DNA of 62,757 nt, filler included, from Sanchytrium tribonematis (Eukaryota): the NCBI GenBank assembly GCA_018985235.1. It is 7 parts of 7 records of this genome, joined end to end, with 100 filler letters (N's around TTAATTAATTAA, not from the genome) between each part and the next. Parts side by side here need not be neighbours in the genome. Positions count along the whole stretch, not along the records: positions 11,510 to 39,904 come from JADGIG010000057.1; 6 more parts are not named here. One strand, written 5' to 3'. The position numbers and the translations under genes were made by a program. Numbering within the stretch: position 1 is the first letter of the stretch; each line of letters opens with the position of its first letter. The notes below the pieces were generated by a model. The model saw only the letters and a program-made list of their open reading frames with translations. It did no database searches and was not told the origin of the DNA. Shown here piece after piece: positions 11,633-21,715 of the stretch.

Positions 11633-13022
11633 TTAATTCAATTTACTTTTTGGACTAAAGCCACCAGCTAAGTTTGCAACAAATCTTAAGGCTTTCAAAA
11701 CCATTCCATTACCTTCAACAAAGCCTACAGACTTATATTCAACATTCAATTTTTTTGCCAAAGTTTGTAGCTGTTTTCTAACAGTTCGCAGCCTATTTCG
11801 AGGCAGCCTAGGAAACACATGATGCGTTGTTTGAAACTGAAGACCACCATGTAACCAGTCCAACCAGGGAGAACATTCAACATCCATCGTAGTTCTTAGC
11901 ATTCTGTGAATCATGCTTTCATAATCTGGGGTATTTGTGTCCATCGCAAAGTGAGAAAGCGTGATTTGGACATGTAAAAGTGCAGTCAATGCGTGACAAA
12001 TTAAGGTATATACTAATTTTGTCCATAATCCAGGAATAAATGTAAGTAGATAGAAATACCAGGTGCCGAAGAGTCCCATACAAACAACTTCCAGCTTTCG
12101 ATGTTTAATTTTATCTTTTGTTAAAATTCCAGCTAAAAATACTAAGCTTTGAACATACAAATTAAATCGAGCAAACATTAAAACAATGTAATAAATCTAT
12201 GTAAATCAGGATTACGTAATGTTGATACTGGACAACAAACTGAGAAAGCCTATCGAAGGTCAGCTTGCGACCGTGGAAACTGCTGTAAATTGAGTTAAAA
12301 AACTCCGTTGTAACAGCAAAGAAAGGCAAATGCTGGATATCTGGATCGTGGTGAGGATCATTTGTAATAATATGATGTATATTATGCGAGTGTTTCCACC
12401 ATCCCATCGAAATACCTCCAAACAAGTCACCAATCAAAATGCCTATGACGTAATCAACCGGTTTATGCGTAACTCCGTAATGCCCCAAGTCGTGTCCCAC
12501 AAAGGCAATTTGATGCCAAAAAAACCCAAGAGCAAAAGCCGATAATATGTAATACTCGCAATAAATTAAATACAATGAAAAAGCTGCAAGAGAAACACAT
12601 TTAACTAATTCTCGATAATAAAATGAATAGTCAGTATTGTAAAGTCCTGCTTGCAACAGTTCCTTGTGCATATCAATCACAGCCTCTCTTTGTTCAGTCA
12701 TTTTAGTATCAGTATGTAACAAATCCAGCTGGTCTTGGATTCTACCTCTTTCTGCTTTAGAGTAGTTACATTTTTTGTTCCAAACAATTGCATTTTTCTG
12801 CAAGATCCCTACAGAATAATGCTTAAGATAAGATAAGGTCTGCTCGGGATGTAAAGTCATAAAATAATCGGTCATATCTTGATATTTGCCATGTTCAAGA
12901 GCAAGTCTGCCACCAGGGTGCCTATGCTTGAAGTCACCTATATCAATAACATAAGGGCTTACAAAGAGCCATTCAGTTTCGAAATCCGTCGTATCCAGCT
13001 TTTCATCCCATCGAGCAGACAT
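11633..13022 (-). CDS. Cytochrome b5-fused front-end desaturase (delta-8 sphingolipid / delta-6 family), 2 exons
   Basis: HPGG; His boxes HDLGH, HNIHH, QTTHH; intron 12197-12215. Confidence 0.9.
12197..12215 (-). other. 19-nt intron (desaturase)
   Basis: gtaatcctgatttacatag; gives QYQHY|IYYIVLMFARFNLY. Confidence 0.9.
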
Positions 13023-13179
13023 TTAAAATTTCAATGTTTCAAGCGAAATTGATTTTTGGCAAAAGTGATACCCCGGTGTTCCGCTTTATATGTTTGATAA
13101 AAAGAATTTATTCGCCTCTTCATGTTAATTAAATGAGGTTGGAAGATTCTCATATCATCAGGCCCTGATGAATAAATAT

Positions 13180-14764
13180 TTATTCCACTAATTTTAATCC
13201 TTCATCTGCTTTCACAATTCGAATAGTGTTTGTCTTGCCAGATCCTCCAGCCCAGCCATGAATTACCAAAACTAGATCATTGACTTTTAAGAGCTTACGC
13301 TCGATGGCCGTGGCGATTGCTTTTTGGAGACGTTCGTCCACCTGATTCTGCCATTCCTCTCCCTTTAATGGCCTGTCTTTCGGCATCTCATGAAGAACAG
13401 GATAGCAACCTCTATACAGATGACATTGTCTGGCGGTTGAAGCAGACTTTGTTACAGTAATAATTGGAACCTGAGGTCTATATTTAGCAACCAGTCGAGC
13501 GGTTGTACCCGTAGTGGTCAAAACCACAATGGCGGACACTTGCTGCTCGATGCAAGCGTTTACTGCCGAGCTAGCTATAGTCTCTGACGTTTCCAACATC
13601 ACTTTTTGACAACTTTGAATAGCCAAAAATAATGGGGGATAACAGACTGAACTTTCACCCTCAACGCAGAGCTGGTGCATCATTTTCACAGATTCTACAG
13701 GAAACTTTCCTTTGGCTGTTTCACCGCTAAGCATAACACAATCAGCACCATCCAAAACAGCATTTGCTACATCGCTGCATTCAGCTCTAGTCGGTCTCGG
13801 AGAATTTGTCATAGATTCCAACATCTGTGTGGCACAAATGACTGGCTTTCCAATAATGTTACATTTGGCGATCATCATTTTTTGAGCAACAAAAACTTTC
13901 TCTAATGGAATTTCCATACCCAAATCACCTAAATAAATGTTAATTACCTCTTGCTACCATCACACCATCAGTGACACCTAAAATTGCATCAAAGTTTTTA
14001 ATTCCTTGCTGATTCTCGATTTTCGAAATGACTTTGACATGTTTTCCACCTTCAGAAAGTAAATCTTTGATTGCCATAACATCATCTGCTCTTCTAATAA
14101 ATGACGCAAACACCATATCAATTTCTTTTTCAATACCAAACTTGATATCAGATATATCTTTCTCACTTAAAGCAGGAAGTTCCACATTTGTACCCGGCAA
14201 ATTGACATTCTTTCTTGATGTCAATGTATGTGTGTTAAGTGCTTTTGCTTTGAGATTTAAATCATCTACTTTTGACAAAATTTCTAGCGATAAATTACCA
14301 TCTTCGATATAGACTAAACTCCCAGGTTGCATATGACTAATTCCTTTGTAATCGATATAAATTTGCTTTTCACTGCAGTCATCCTTAAATTTGGAATCAG
14401 TTGTTAAAATAATATCTTGTCCTTTTTCGACTGTATAAGTACCATCGTCCTTGACTAAACCAGTTCTAATTTCTGGACCTTTTGTATCTAATGCAATAGC
14501 AATAACAACTTTAGGTCGTTGCGCCCTTGCCTTTTTAACATTCTCAATGGTCTGACCATGAAAATCATGATCGCCATGACTGAAATTCAATCTAGCAATA
14601 TTCATTCCAGCATCAATTAAACTCAAAATAAACTCGACAGAATTATTTTTGCCAATTGTGCATACAATGGCCGTTTTTCTATAATTTCCCATGCCTTCCA
14701 TGACATTAATATTTGCTGTCCACTCAAGTCTAGTTGAAATAGTTCCCTCTCTGCGTTTAGACAT
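13180..14764 (-). CDS. PYK1: Pyruvate kinase, 2 exons
   Basis: RLNFSHG, DTKGPEIRTG, spliced MVARGDLG, ATQMLESM; likely start MSKRRE at 14764. Confidence 0.97.
13929..13947 (-). other. 19-nt intron (pyruvate kinase)
   Basis: gtaattaacatttatttag; restores the invariant MVARGDLGMEIP exactly. Confidence 0.97.
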
Positions 14765-14803
14765 GTCAAATGGCAATCTCCTCGAAACCGCGATTGCAAT
14801 CAA

Positions 14804-15022
14804 ATGGGAAAATATATTGTTGTTTTGAAAAAAGGATCTGAAGCTCAATTAGGTCTAGTTAAAAAAGACTTGGAGTCCAAAGGCGGAAAAGTCACTAACA
14901 CTTTTGATGGAACGGTATTACTGGGGCACAGCGTAGATTTGCCGGATTCACATGTGGCAACTATGGAAAATCATCCACACATTGATTATATTGAAAAAGA
15001 TGGCGAAGTTAAAATTCAATAA
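14804..15022 (+). CDS. Stand-alone peptidase inhibitor I9 (POIA1/IB2-like)
   Basis: 72 aa; KYIVVLK...GGKV...IDYIEKDGEVKIQ. Confidence 0.8.
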   Translation: MGKYIVVLKKGSEAQLGLVKKDLESKGGKVTNTFDGTVLLGHSVDLPDSHVATMENHPHIDYIEKDGEVKIQ

Positions 15023-15032
15023 ACATTTATGC

Positions 15033-15536
15033 TCAAGTCAGTCGACATTTTTGAATTAGCTTTTCTATATTTTGCAAATTTTGAAGAATGTTAATTTTTT
15101 TCTCCAAGCTAGCTTTTAAACGATGCCTGGTAATTGTGTCTTCAGCCTGCTTTAAATTATCGAGTTCAGATTCTTCATATTTCTCAATTTTTTGTGTCAA
15201 GGTTTCTTGCAACTTTAACAAATTGCTTTTAAATTCAAGCAAATCTACATTGTAAGGCAAATTAACACCAAAACGATCATTAAACTCTTCCTTGAGATGA
15301 TTCTCTACAGAATTTATATCCAAAGCATTTATTTGCTTCACAATATTAATATTTTTCTGACCAAGGTGTAAATCTAAAAGATTTTGGTACTCTTCATTGA
15401 GAGAAACGGCTTGCCTTTCTAGCATTACAATCTTGTCACGAATTTTGCGCACCTTTGAGGTTTGCGCCTTTTCCAGTTTCAACTGCATATAATTTGATTG
15501 AATTACTTCAAACTTGGGAAGATCAAAGTCATGCAT
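15033..15536 (-). CDS. Hypothetical coiled-coil protein
   Basis: 167-aa ORF filling the intergenic space. Confidence 0.55.
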   Translation of the reverse strand: MHDFDLPKFEVIQSNYMQLKLEKAQTSKVRKIRDKIVMLERQAVSLNEEYQNLLDLHLGQKNINIVKQINALDINSVENHLKEEFNDRFGVNLPYNVDLLEFKSNLLKLQETLTQKIEKYEESELDNLKQAEDTITRHRLKASLEKKINILQNLQNIEKLIQKCRLT

Positions 15537-15666
15537 TAAGGGGATAATTTACGTCCGGATAATTGTTCTACTATCAGAACGGAAGTAAATTTCTTTCCAA
15601 GTTTAAGAAAACTGCGCTACTTTTGTACATGTTAAGATCGTGAAAAAGGAGTACAATAAAACAAGA

Positions 15667-16230
15667 ATGCGAAATTCTGAAATCTTACTTAACTGGCCAA
15701 ATTTAGTAGGTTACGTAAGAATATTGCTGTTATTGGGATTTCTTTTAACAGAACAAATAGAATTGTATATTGTGTCATACCTATTGGATGCACTTGATGG
15801 CTATTTGGCTAGAAAATATAATCAATGTACCCTTTTTGGAGCAACCTTAGATATGGTTGTCGATCGAATTTCCTCATCGGTGATATTGTTAACAAGACTC
15901 CAATCTTCTGTGAATTTATTTTATGTTCTTTTGGATTGGACCAGTCATTTTGTTCATATGCAAAGCGCTTTATTAAGCAAGTCCAAATCCCACAAAAATG
16001 TAGATTACAATTCTAAGCTATTGCATCTCTACTACTATAATCGGACAATTTTATTTTCTATTTGTTTTGGCTACGAGCTATTTAATATTTGCAACTTCAT
16101 TGGATGGAAACACGATTGGATTTACTACAGCAGTGGTATAATATTCTACTTAAAGCATTTGATTCATGCAGTGCAGCTTGGAAAGGCTTTAGAAGCAATT
16201 CTGCATATAGATTTGGCTAAAGCTGATTAA
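15667..16230 (+). CDS. PIS1: Phosphatidylinositol synthase
   Basis: PNLVGYVR, LDALDGYLARKYNQCTLFGATLDMVVDR, SHK. Confidence 0.9.
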   Translation: MRNSEILLNWPNLVGYVRILLLLGFLLTEQIELYIVSYLLDALDGYLARKYNQCTLFGATLDMVVDRISSSVILLTRLQSSVNLFYVLLDWTSHFVHMQSALLSKSKSHKNVDYNSKLLHLYYYNRTILFSICFGYELFNICNFIGWKHDWIYYSSGIIFYLKHLIHAVQLGKALEAILHIDLAKAD

Positions 16231-16273
16231 ATTGATGAAATAAAATATTTTAAGGCCATTTCAATTTCCATTT

Positions 16274-17854
16274 ATGGGCTTGAATCCACAAAATAACTGG
16301 GCAGAATCTCAGGCAAATGATGTGCGAGGCAAAGACAGATGGAAATATCATCATTATCGCGTGGATGAGACCGATTTAGAATTTTCACAACAATGCCAAG
16401 CTTTTCAAGCTGAGAAACTTGTAATACAAGATTCCGAAAACTATGCCTTAGAAGCCGTGCCTTGCGAAAATCATTCTTTACAAAAGGCAGATGTATTGGA
16501 AAGCTTGAAAGGCTGGGCTGACCAACTAAATTTCCCACTTAATGATTTTAATGTAGATGTAATCGTTTATTTGGCAGAACTAAAACGATGGAGGATGAAT
16601 ACAGGCTTGACCACCGTGGCCTCAGCGGAAATCGAAGAATGGGAAGCAAGGCAAAATCAATTGGCCGAGCTACATAAAATAAGGCAAAACAATCTTCATT
16701 CTGAGTTTATGAACTACCTTGAATATAAAACAGATGCTTATGAAACTCGAATAGCAAAAAGAAAATCGAAAAATCAATTAAGACTGCAATCGTTGAAAGA
16801 TAACTTAGTAAGCAAAAAAAATAAGCAATTGAATAAGCTTTGCCATTTTAACAAGAAAGATATCAAATGTTGGACTGAATTAAATCAAGCCAAACATTCA
16901 ATTGCAGAACCTAATTTAAAGCTCACTAGCGCAAAAAATTATTCAAACCTGCCTGATTTTCCAATTGAAGTCGAAAGATGCTTTGGGATTTCTAACAATA
17001 TTGAACAATTTGTATCAACTAATATCGCAAAAGATGGCGATAAGTTGGTAGAGATCAAATTGGATGGTCATGGTGATCGTGTTAATGTTGTACAGAAAGT
17101 ATTATCTGACGATGACCTTCAGATTTCAGCCTCAAAAGATATTTTTGAGTCTCAAGCTGCAATTAAATCGACTCTTTATAGAAAAAGATACAGTAGACTC
17201 TTTAAGAGGAAATACATTATAGATGCCATTAAAGCCAAGGACTGTGACTTTTCCTATACTTATGAATCAGATTCAGAGATTGACGAAATAGAAACTGAAG
17301 TTGATTTTAGTCTGGAACCAGTTTGCAGAGAAATCGATGTTGCAATCAAAAATGAATTACAATCAATTGAAATAGAAAAAGCGATAATTGCATTAGCCTC
17401 TGCCGCCACTGCAGAAAAATTAAAAAATGCTCAAATTGAATTTGAGCATCACTCGGAGAATGAAATCAACAACAGAATCAAACAGCAGAAGGAATTAGAA
17501 GAATCTCACCTTTATAGACAGCACGCCACCACTTTTGTCCAACAATGCTTACTTGGTTGTGCGCGCCATTTGGTTTTACAATATACTGAACAAAATTGTT
17601 TAATAGCCTTGAATGATCTGAGTGATAAATTAGTTAAAAATATCGATTTATCTGGAACATTAATTCAAAATTCTATCGTAAGCGGTCTCAATGAAAGAGT
17701 TATTGATAGTTATTTAAATGCTAAAAACAAGTTGGTAGAAAACACAATTAATTCTTGTTTTGGTACAACAATGTCACAACCTAGAAAAGAAGTGCAAATT
17801 GATAAAGAGAAAGTCAAAGATGCGGCCATGAAAGACCTAAAATCTTTAATATAA
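16274..17854 (+). CDS. Hypothetical protein, possibly divergent CFAP91/MAATS1-like
   Basis: 526-aa ORF; GKDRWKY and EIEEWEARQ segments are only weakly reminiscent. Confidence 0.3.
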   Translation: MGLNPQNNWAESQANDVRGKDRWKYHHYRVDETDLEFSQQCQAFQAEKLVIQDSENYALEAVPCENHSLQKADVLESLKGWADQLNFPLNDFNVDVIVYLAELKRWRMNTGLTTVASAEIEEWEARQNQLAELHKIRQNNLHSEFMNYLEYKTDAYETRIAKRKSKNQLRLQSLKDNLVSKKNKQLNKLCHFNKKDIKCWTELNQAKHSIAEPNLKLTSAKNYSNLPDFPIEVERCFGISNNIEQFVSTNIAKDGDKLVEIKLDGHGDRVNVVQKVLSDDDLQISASKDIFESQAAIKSTLYRKRYSRLFKRKYIIDAIKAKDCDFSYTYESDSEIDEIETEVDFSLEPVCREIDVAIKNELQSIEIEKAIIALASAATAEKLKNAQIEFEHHSENEINNRIKQQKELEESHLYRQHATTFVQQCLLGCARHLVLQYTEQNCLIALNDLSDKLVKNIDLSGTLIQNSIVSGLNERVIDSYLNAKNKLVENTINSCFGTTMSQPRKEVQIDKEKVKDAAMKDLKSLI

Positions 17855-17977
17855 TAAAACTTGGTATTTTGCGGGCCTTCTAAAAAACGTTGGTTTTGAC
17901 CAATCACTTTTTCAGAACACCTCATTGGTCAGAACTTGATTGATTAAAATAAATTCCCAGATCTCCCCTTCTACAAA

Positions 17978-18454
17978 ATGACATCGTACGAAAGAGTCCC
18001 AGATTATGAACAACCAAATTCTTCAGAGACTTCGCCTCAAGCTGTACAAGCCACTCCAACTACTCACCATTTGGGAACATCGACTCACGATGCCGTTTTT
18101 GCTGATTTACCCACGTATGACGATATAATAAAAGATCCGACTCCACAATATGAAGATGAAGGGCTAGAAATTGGTGATTTACCCACTCTTATTTTATCTG
18201 CTTTATGCACCATGGTATTTCAGTTAATTGGGTTCATGCTATGTTACATGTTTTCTACTTCTCATGCTAGTAGACTGGGTGCAATGGCTGGTCTAGGAAT
18301 TAATATTTTCCAATATGCAGTCTACTTTCGTGAACGTCATATGAGAGATCCCTATACTGCTGGTATTGCATATTTAATAATGCTTGGTGGAATTGCATTG
18401 ACAGCCGAAAGCCTGTTTTCTTTTATAAGACTTAGAAGGTTGCAGCAGAGATAA
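17978..18454 (+). CDS. BSD2: Bsd2/NDFIP-like Rsp5 adaptor
   Basis: DAVFADLPTY PY-like motif, FQLIGF...STSHASRLGAMAGLG, three TM segments. Confidence 0.75.
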   Translation: MTSYERVPDYEQPNSSETSPQAVQATPTTHHLGTSTHDAVFADLPTYDDIIKDPTPQYEDEGLEIGDLPTLILSALCTMVFQLIGFMLCYMFSTSHASRLGAMAGLGINIFQYAVYFRERHMRDPYTAGIAYLIMLGGIALTAESLFSFIRLRRLQQR

Positions 18455-18530
18455 TAAATATTTATACCAATCGTTGTACAGATTCCGCTGAAACTATGGA
18501 GTCAAATGTTTATGGTTTTCAAGCCCACCG

Positions 18531-19791
18531 ATGCTTGAAGTTTTACTATTTTCAATTTTAAATGGAATACTACTCATCCTAGTTCATTCGTTATCGTCAA
18601 AGAGACTTACAAATTCAGAATTGATCTTTCAAATTTTAACAGTTGCTTATACGATATCAATGGGGTTATATTTTGATTATGCAGACGCATGGTTGTCAGC
18701 ACTATCAATTTCAATTTTATTCGTTCCAGCAATAGCGATGATTAAATTAGGATATGTTGAATACCAACTACAAAATAGATATCACGAAAAAATGAAGTCG
18801 ATTACAAACGATTTATTTGAAATTAAGAAAAAGAATGAGTTTGCAGAAAATGACTTGGATCATCCGGTATTATATGTATCTAAAGTGATTCAATCAAATA
18901 ATGTGGTAGCTTTTAAAGCATCTTCACTTCTTAAATGGTCAGGCTCATTTATTTTGGTTTTACTCATAATTTTATTTAATGCTCCCTTTAGCGACAAGAG
19001 AAGTCAACATTTTGATTTTGAAAAGATTCTTGCTATCTACTCTGCTAGTGTTCTACTCTCGCTAATATTTCTATTCAAGACAATTAAAAAGAAGCAATTT
19101 GATTCACTTAAAAGGTCTCATTTTTTAATTACTGAAGTGTTTTTAGAATTGCTAATTTTCATTGCAATTATTTGTTTGTATGCTCTGAAATTAGATGGAT
19201 TGCGACTTCTCACATTGGGACACTTGACAATACATCACTTTGGAATATTTATGTTTTATATTCGGAATTTTCCACGTAAAAATGCCAACAGGCAAACACA
19301 GAAATATGAAGAGTTTGAATCATTGCTAGCAGACACCATCATGTACACCAAATTTAGACTTTATTGCTCCAGAATGAGAGATGAAAGAAAAATAATATTT
19401 CTGGAAGCGTACAAAGAATGTGAAAGCATGGCTTCTATCAATATAATGAAAGGATGTTCTTCATTTGCTGTTGCCTTGTCAGGCTTAGAATTGGCTCCAA
19501 AATCAAGCTCACTTGAGAGCATGAAGCAATCTGAGAAAAGAGTACAAAGACTTCACAACGCAACGTATGAAATTTATCAGCTTTTTCTCGACGAAGGCAA
19601 TTGACATTAATTTAGGGTCGCCTTACTTATTACGTGATGTTTCCACTAAAGAGATTAGTCTTGTTCGACAGAATCGCGAAACTTTAGATTTTACTTCTTT
19701 AAATCCAATTTATATTGAAGTTTGCAAATATTTGTATATCTGGCATTATGACAATTTTTTAGACCAGCAAGATTCGGAAGAGTATAATTAA
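18531..19791 (+). CDS. Multi-pass membrane protein with C-terminal RGS domain, 2 exons
   Basis: About 6-7 hydrophobic helices, then FESLL...KFRLYC...IIFL...IYQLFLDEGSPY; GC-AG intron 19597-19615. Confidence 0.65.
19597..19615 (+). other. 19-nt GC-AG intron
   Basis: gcaattgacattaatttag; joins FLDEG|SPYLL in frame. Confidence 0.8.
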
Positions 19792-19793
19792 AT

Positions 19794-21641
19794 CTATTTA
19801 TTATGCTTTTCAAATTCTTTTTTGAATGCTTGAGCATCCACTTTACCCAACTTGACTTTACAAATTACAGGGGTTTTTTCTCTGAACCAAGTAAAAATCA
19901 AAAGATCTAATTTCTCATTTTGTGAAGTGATTTTTAGCTCCATATCCTTATATATTCGGCAATTCAAAAAGAGATTTAGTTGATTTGTAGGCCTGTACAA
20001 GAGACGAACCAGTTTTTTGCCGCCTGGATTTTTAAGATCTTCAGGAGTCTCGCATATTCGTAGTTTTCCTTGCCCCCGACTTATAAATTCTTTTGTTTCG
20101 GTGTCATTATCGTAGTACTTGACATCAGCAGAAAACAGTTCCACGTCTTTTTCTTCTCCTTCGCCCTTATAAGAAACAGGTTCAACACTGATAACTTCTT
20201 CAGCAGATTCTAAATCGCCAGTTACTTCTGCCGTTTTTCCAAAATTAATTGGTGCGGAAAGTGTCGGAGCTTTGAGCATACTATCTTCTTTCACATTAAA
20301 ATTAGGCGAAGTACTTGTTTTCATTACTGCTGGTTTAAAAGAGAATTTAGGAACTAAATTGTTTGAATTTCCAATAGCTACTTCAGATTTTTCAGAATTT
20401 TTTGAGTCGCTAGTAAAAGGATTTGATGTTTTAGATTCGTCTTGACCAAATTTAAATTCCGATTTAATAGGGTTCATATTGCTCGCATTTAGTCCAAATT
20501 GAAAAGAAGAGGAATTCTTCTCTCCAAAAACATTCTTTGAAATTTCAGTTTGATTATCTCCTGTCTTGGGCTCACCAAATTTAAAAGTGGGTGCTTGAAC
20601 ATTAGTAGTTGAATTATTTTTAAATCCAAATGTAAATGGAGCCGGTGTTTTATTAGACCCCGTATGACCTACAGTAGTCTTGCTTTCTGGCTCCTGCCTA
20701 CTTGCCGCAAAACTGAATGGTTTTGATTCAGCTTCCGGATATTTCGAATTAAAGTTAAATGACTTTGTGCTCGGCGCCTTGGCTTCGGTATTATGATCAT
20801 CGTTTAAAGTTGAAGGCTGAGAAGTAAAAAGTTCTTTTGGTGTAGGGTCTTGTTTTAAGGGCGGATTGTTAAAAGAGAATGGATTTTGATCAGTTCCAAC
20901 CTTAGGTGCTACATAATTATTTCCAAATGAAAAAGTAGATTTGGGGGTATCTTCTTTCGGGACGCTAATTTGTTTAAATTCAGGGTCTTCCATTTTAGAA
21001 TGATTATTTTCGTGCGAAATTTTGGGCTTTTGAATCGAAAAAGAGGGTGTAAAAACCTTTTGAGATTCTGTTTTCGAATTCGATATCAACTTCACAGAAT
21101 TAAATGCCATAGATGGTTTGAACACAGAAACTTTTCTTTGATCTTCCATGGTGGTTGGAGATGAAAGCTGAAAAGACTTTTTTGGAGCGTTTGCTTCCTT
21201 TTTTGGTGCTTTAAAAGGGCTGTTCATTAAAAATCCGCCGTTAGGAGCGACATTATTACCAGCCGGATCAGCAAATGTTTGCTTCTTCGTAGCATTTGAT
21301 GAGTTTTGCTTCAGGAAGCCTTGAGGTTCCTCATCCGGTGCTGTTTGTCTTTTTTTGGATAAACTGTTCTCAATAGGTGTATTCACTTCAAAGCTACGTT
21401 TAAGATTATTCGGTGTCAAATTGCTTACATTAATGGGACTGTTTTCTGTGTAAACATTTTTGGGGGTTGCTATTTCTTCTTTTACTTCTTGCGAATTTTG
21501 AGGCGTGTGATCAACAACATTTTCCTCTTTTCTGATGTAACCAAGGTATTTTTCACAATATTTAGTCAAATCAGCATTTTTGTCCTGCTTGACAGCTAAT
21601 AGTATATGACTTAGGAAACTGGCATTCAGTTCATTTCTCAT
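19794..21641 (-). CDS. Nup2/Nup50-like FxFG nucleoporin with C-terminal Ran-binding domain
   Basis: FSFG, FTFG, FKFG, FQFG repeats; GEGEE..LF...RGQGKLR RanBD. Confidence 0.75.
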   Translation of the reverse strand: MRNELNASFLSHILLAVKQDKNADLTKYCEKYLGYIRKEENVVDHTPQNSQEVKEEIATPKNVYTENSPINVSNLTPNNLKRSFEVNTPIENSLSKKRQTAPDEEPQGFLKQNSSNATKKQTFADPAGNNVAPNGGFLMNSPFKAPKKEANAPKKSFQLSSPTTMEDQRKVSVFKPSMAFNSVKLISNSKTESQKVFTPSFSIQKPKISHENNHSKMEDPEFKQISVPKEDTPKSTFSFGNNYVAPKVGTDQNPFSFNNPPLKQDPTPKELFTSQPSTLNDDHNTEAKAPSTKSFNFNSKYPEAESKPFSFAASRQEPESKTTVGHTGSNKTPAPFTFGFKNNSTTNVQAPTFKFGEPKTGDNQTEISKNVFGEKNSSSFQFGLNASNMNPIKSEFKFGQDESKTSNPFTSDSKNSEKSEVAIGNSNNLVPKFSFKPAVMKTSTSPNFNVKEDSMLKAPTLSAPINFGKTAEVTGDLESAEEVISVEPVSYKGEGEEKDVELFSADVKYYDNDTETKEFISRGQGKLRICETPEDLKNPGGKKLVRLLYRPTNQLNLFLNCRIYKDMELKITSQNEKLDLLIFTWFREKTPVICKVKLGKVDAQAFKKEFEKHNK

Positions 21642-21715
21642 TTTGATTGTTTGACATGGGGTTTAAGCGAAAAAATATATAATTAGCAAATTGTAAAAGT
21701 CAAGCCACAGATTTT

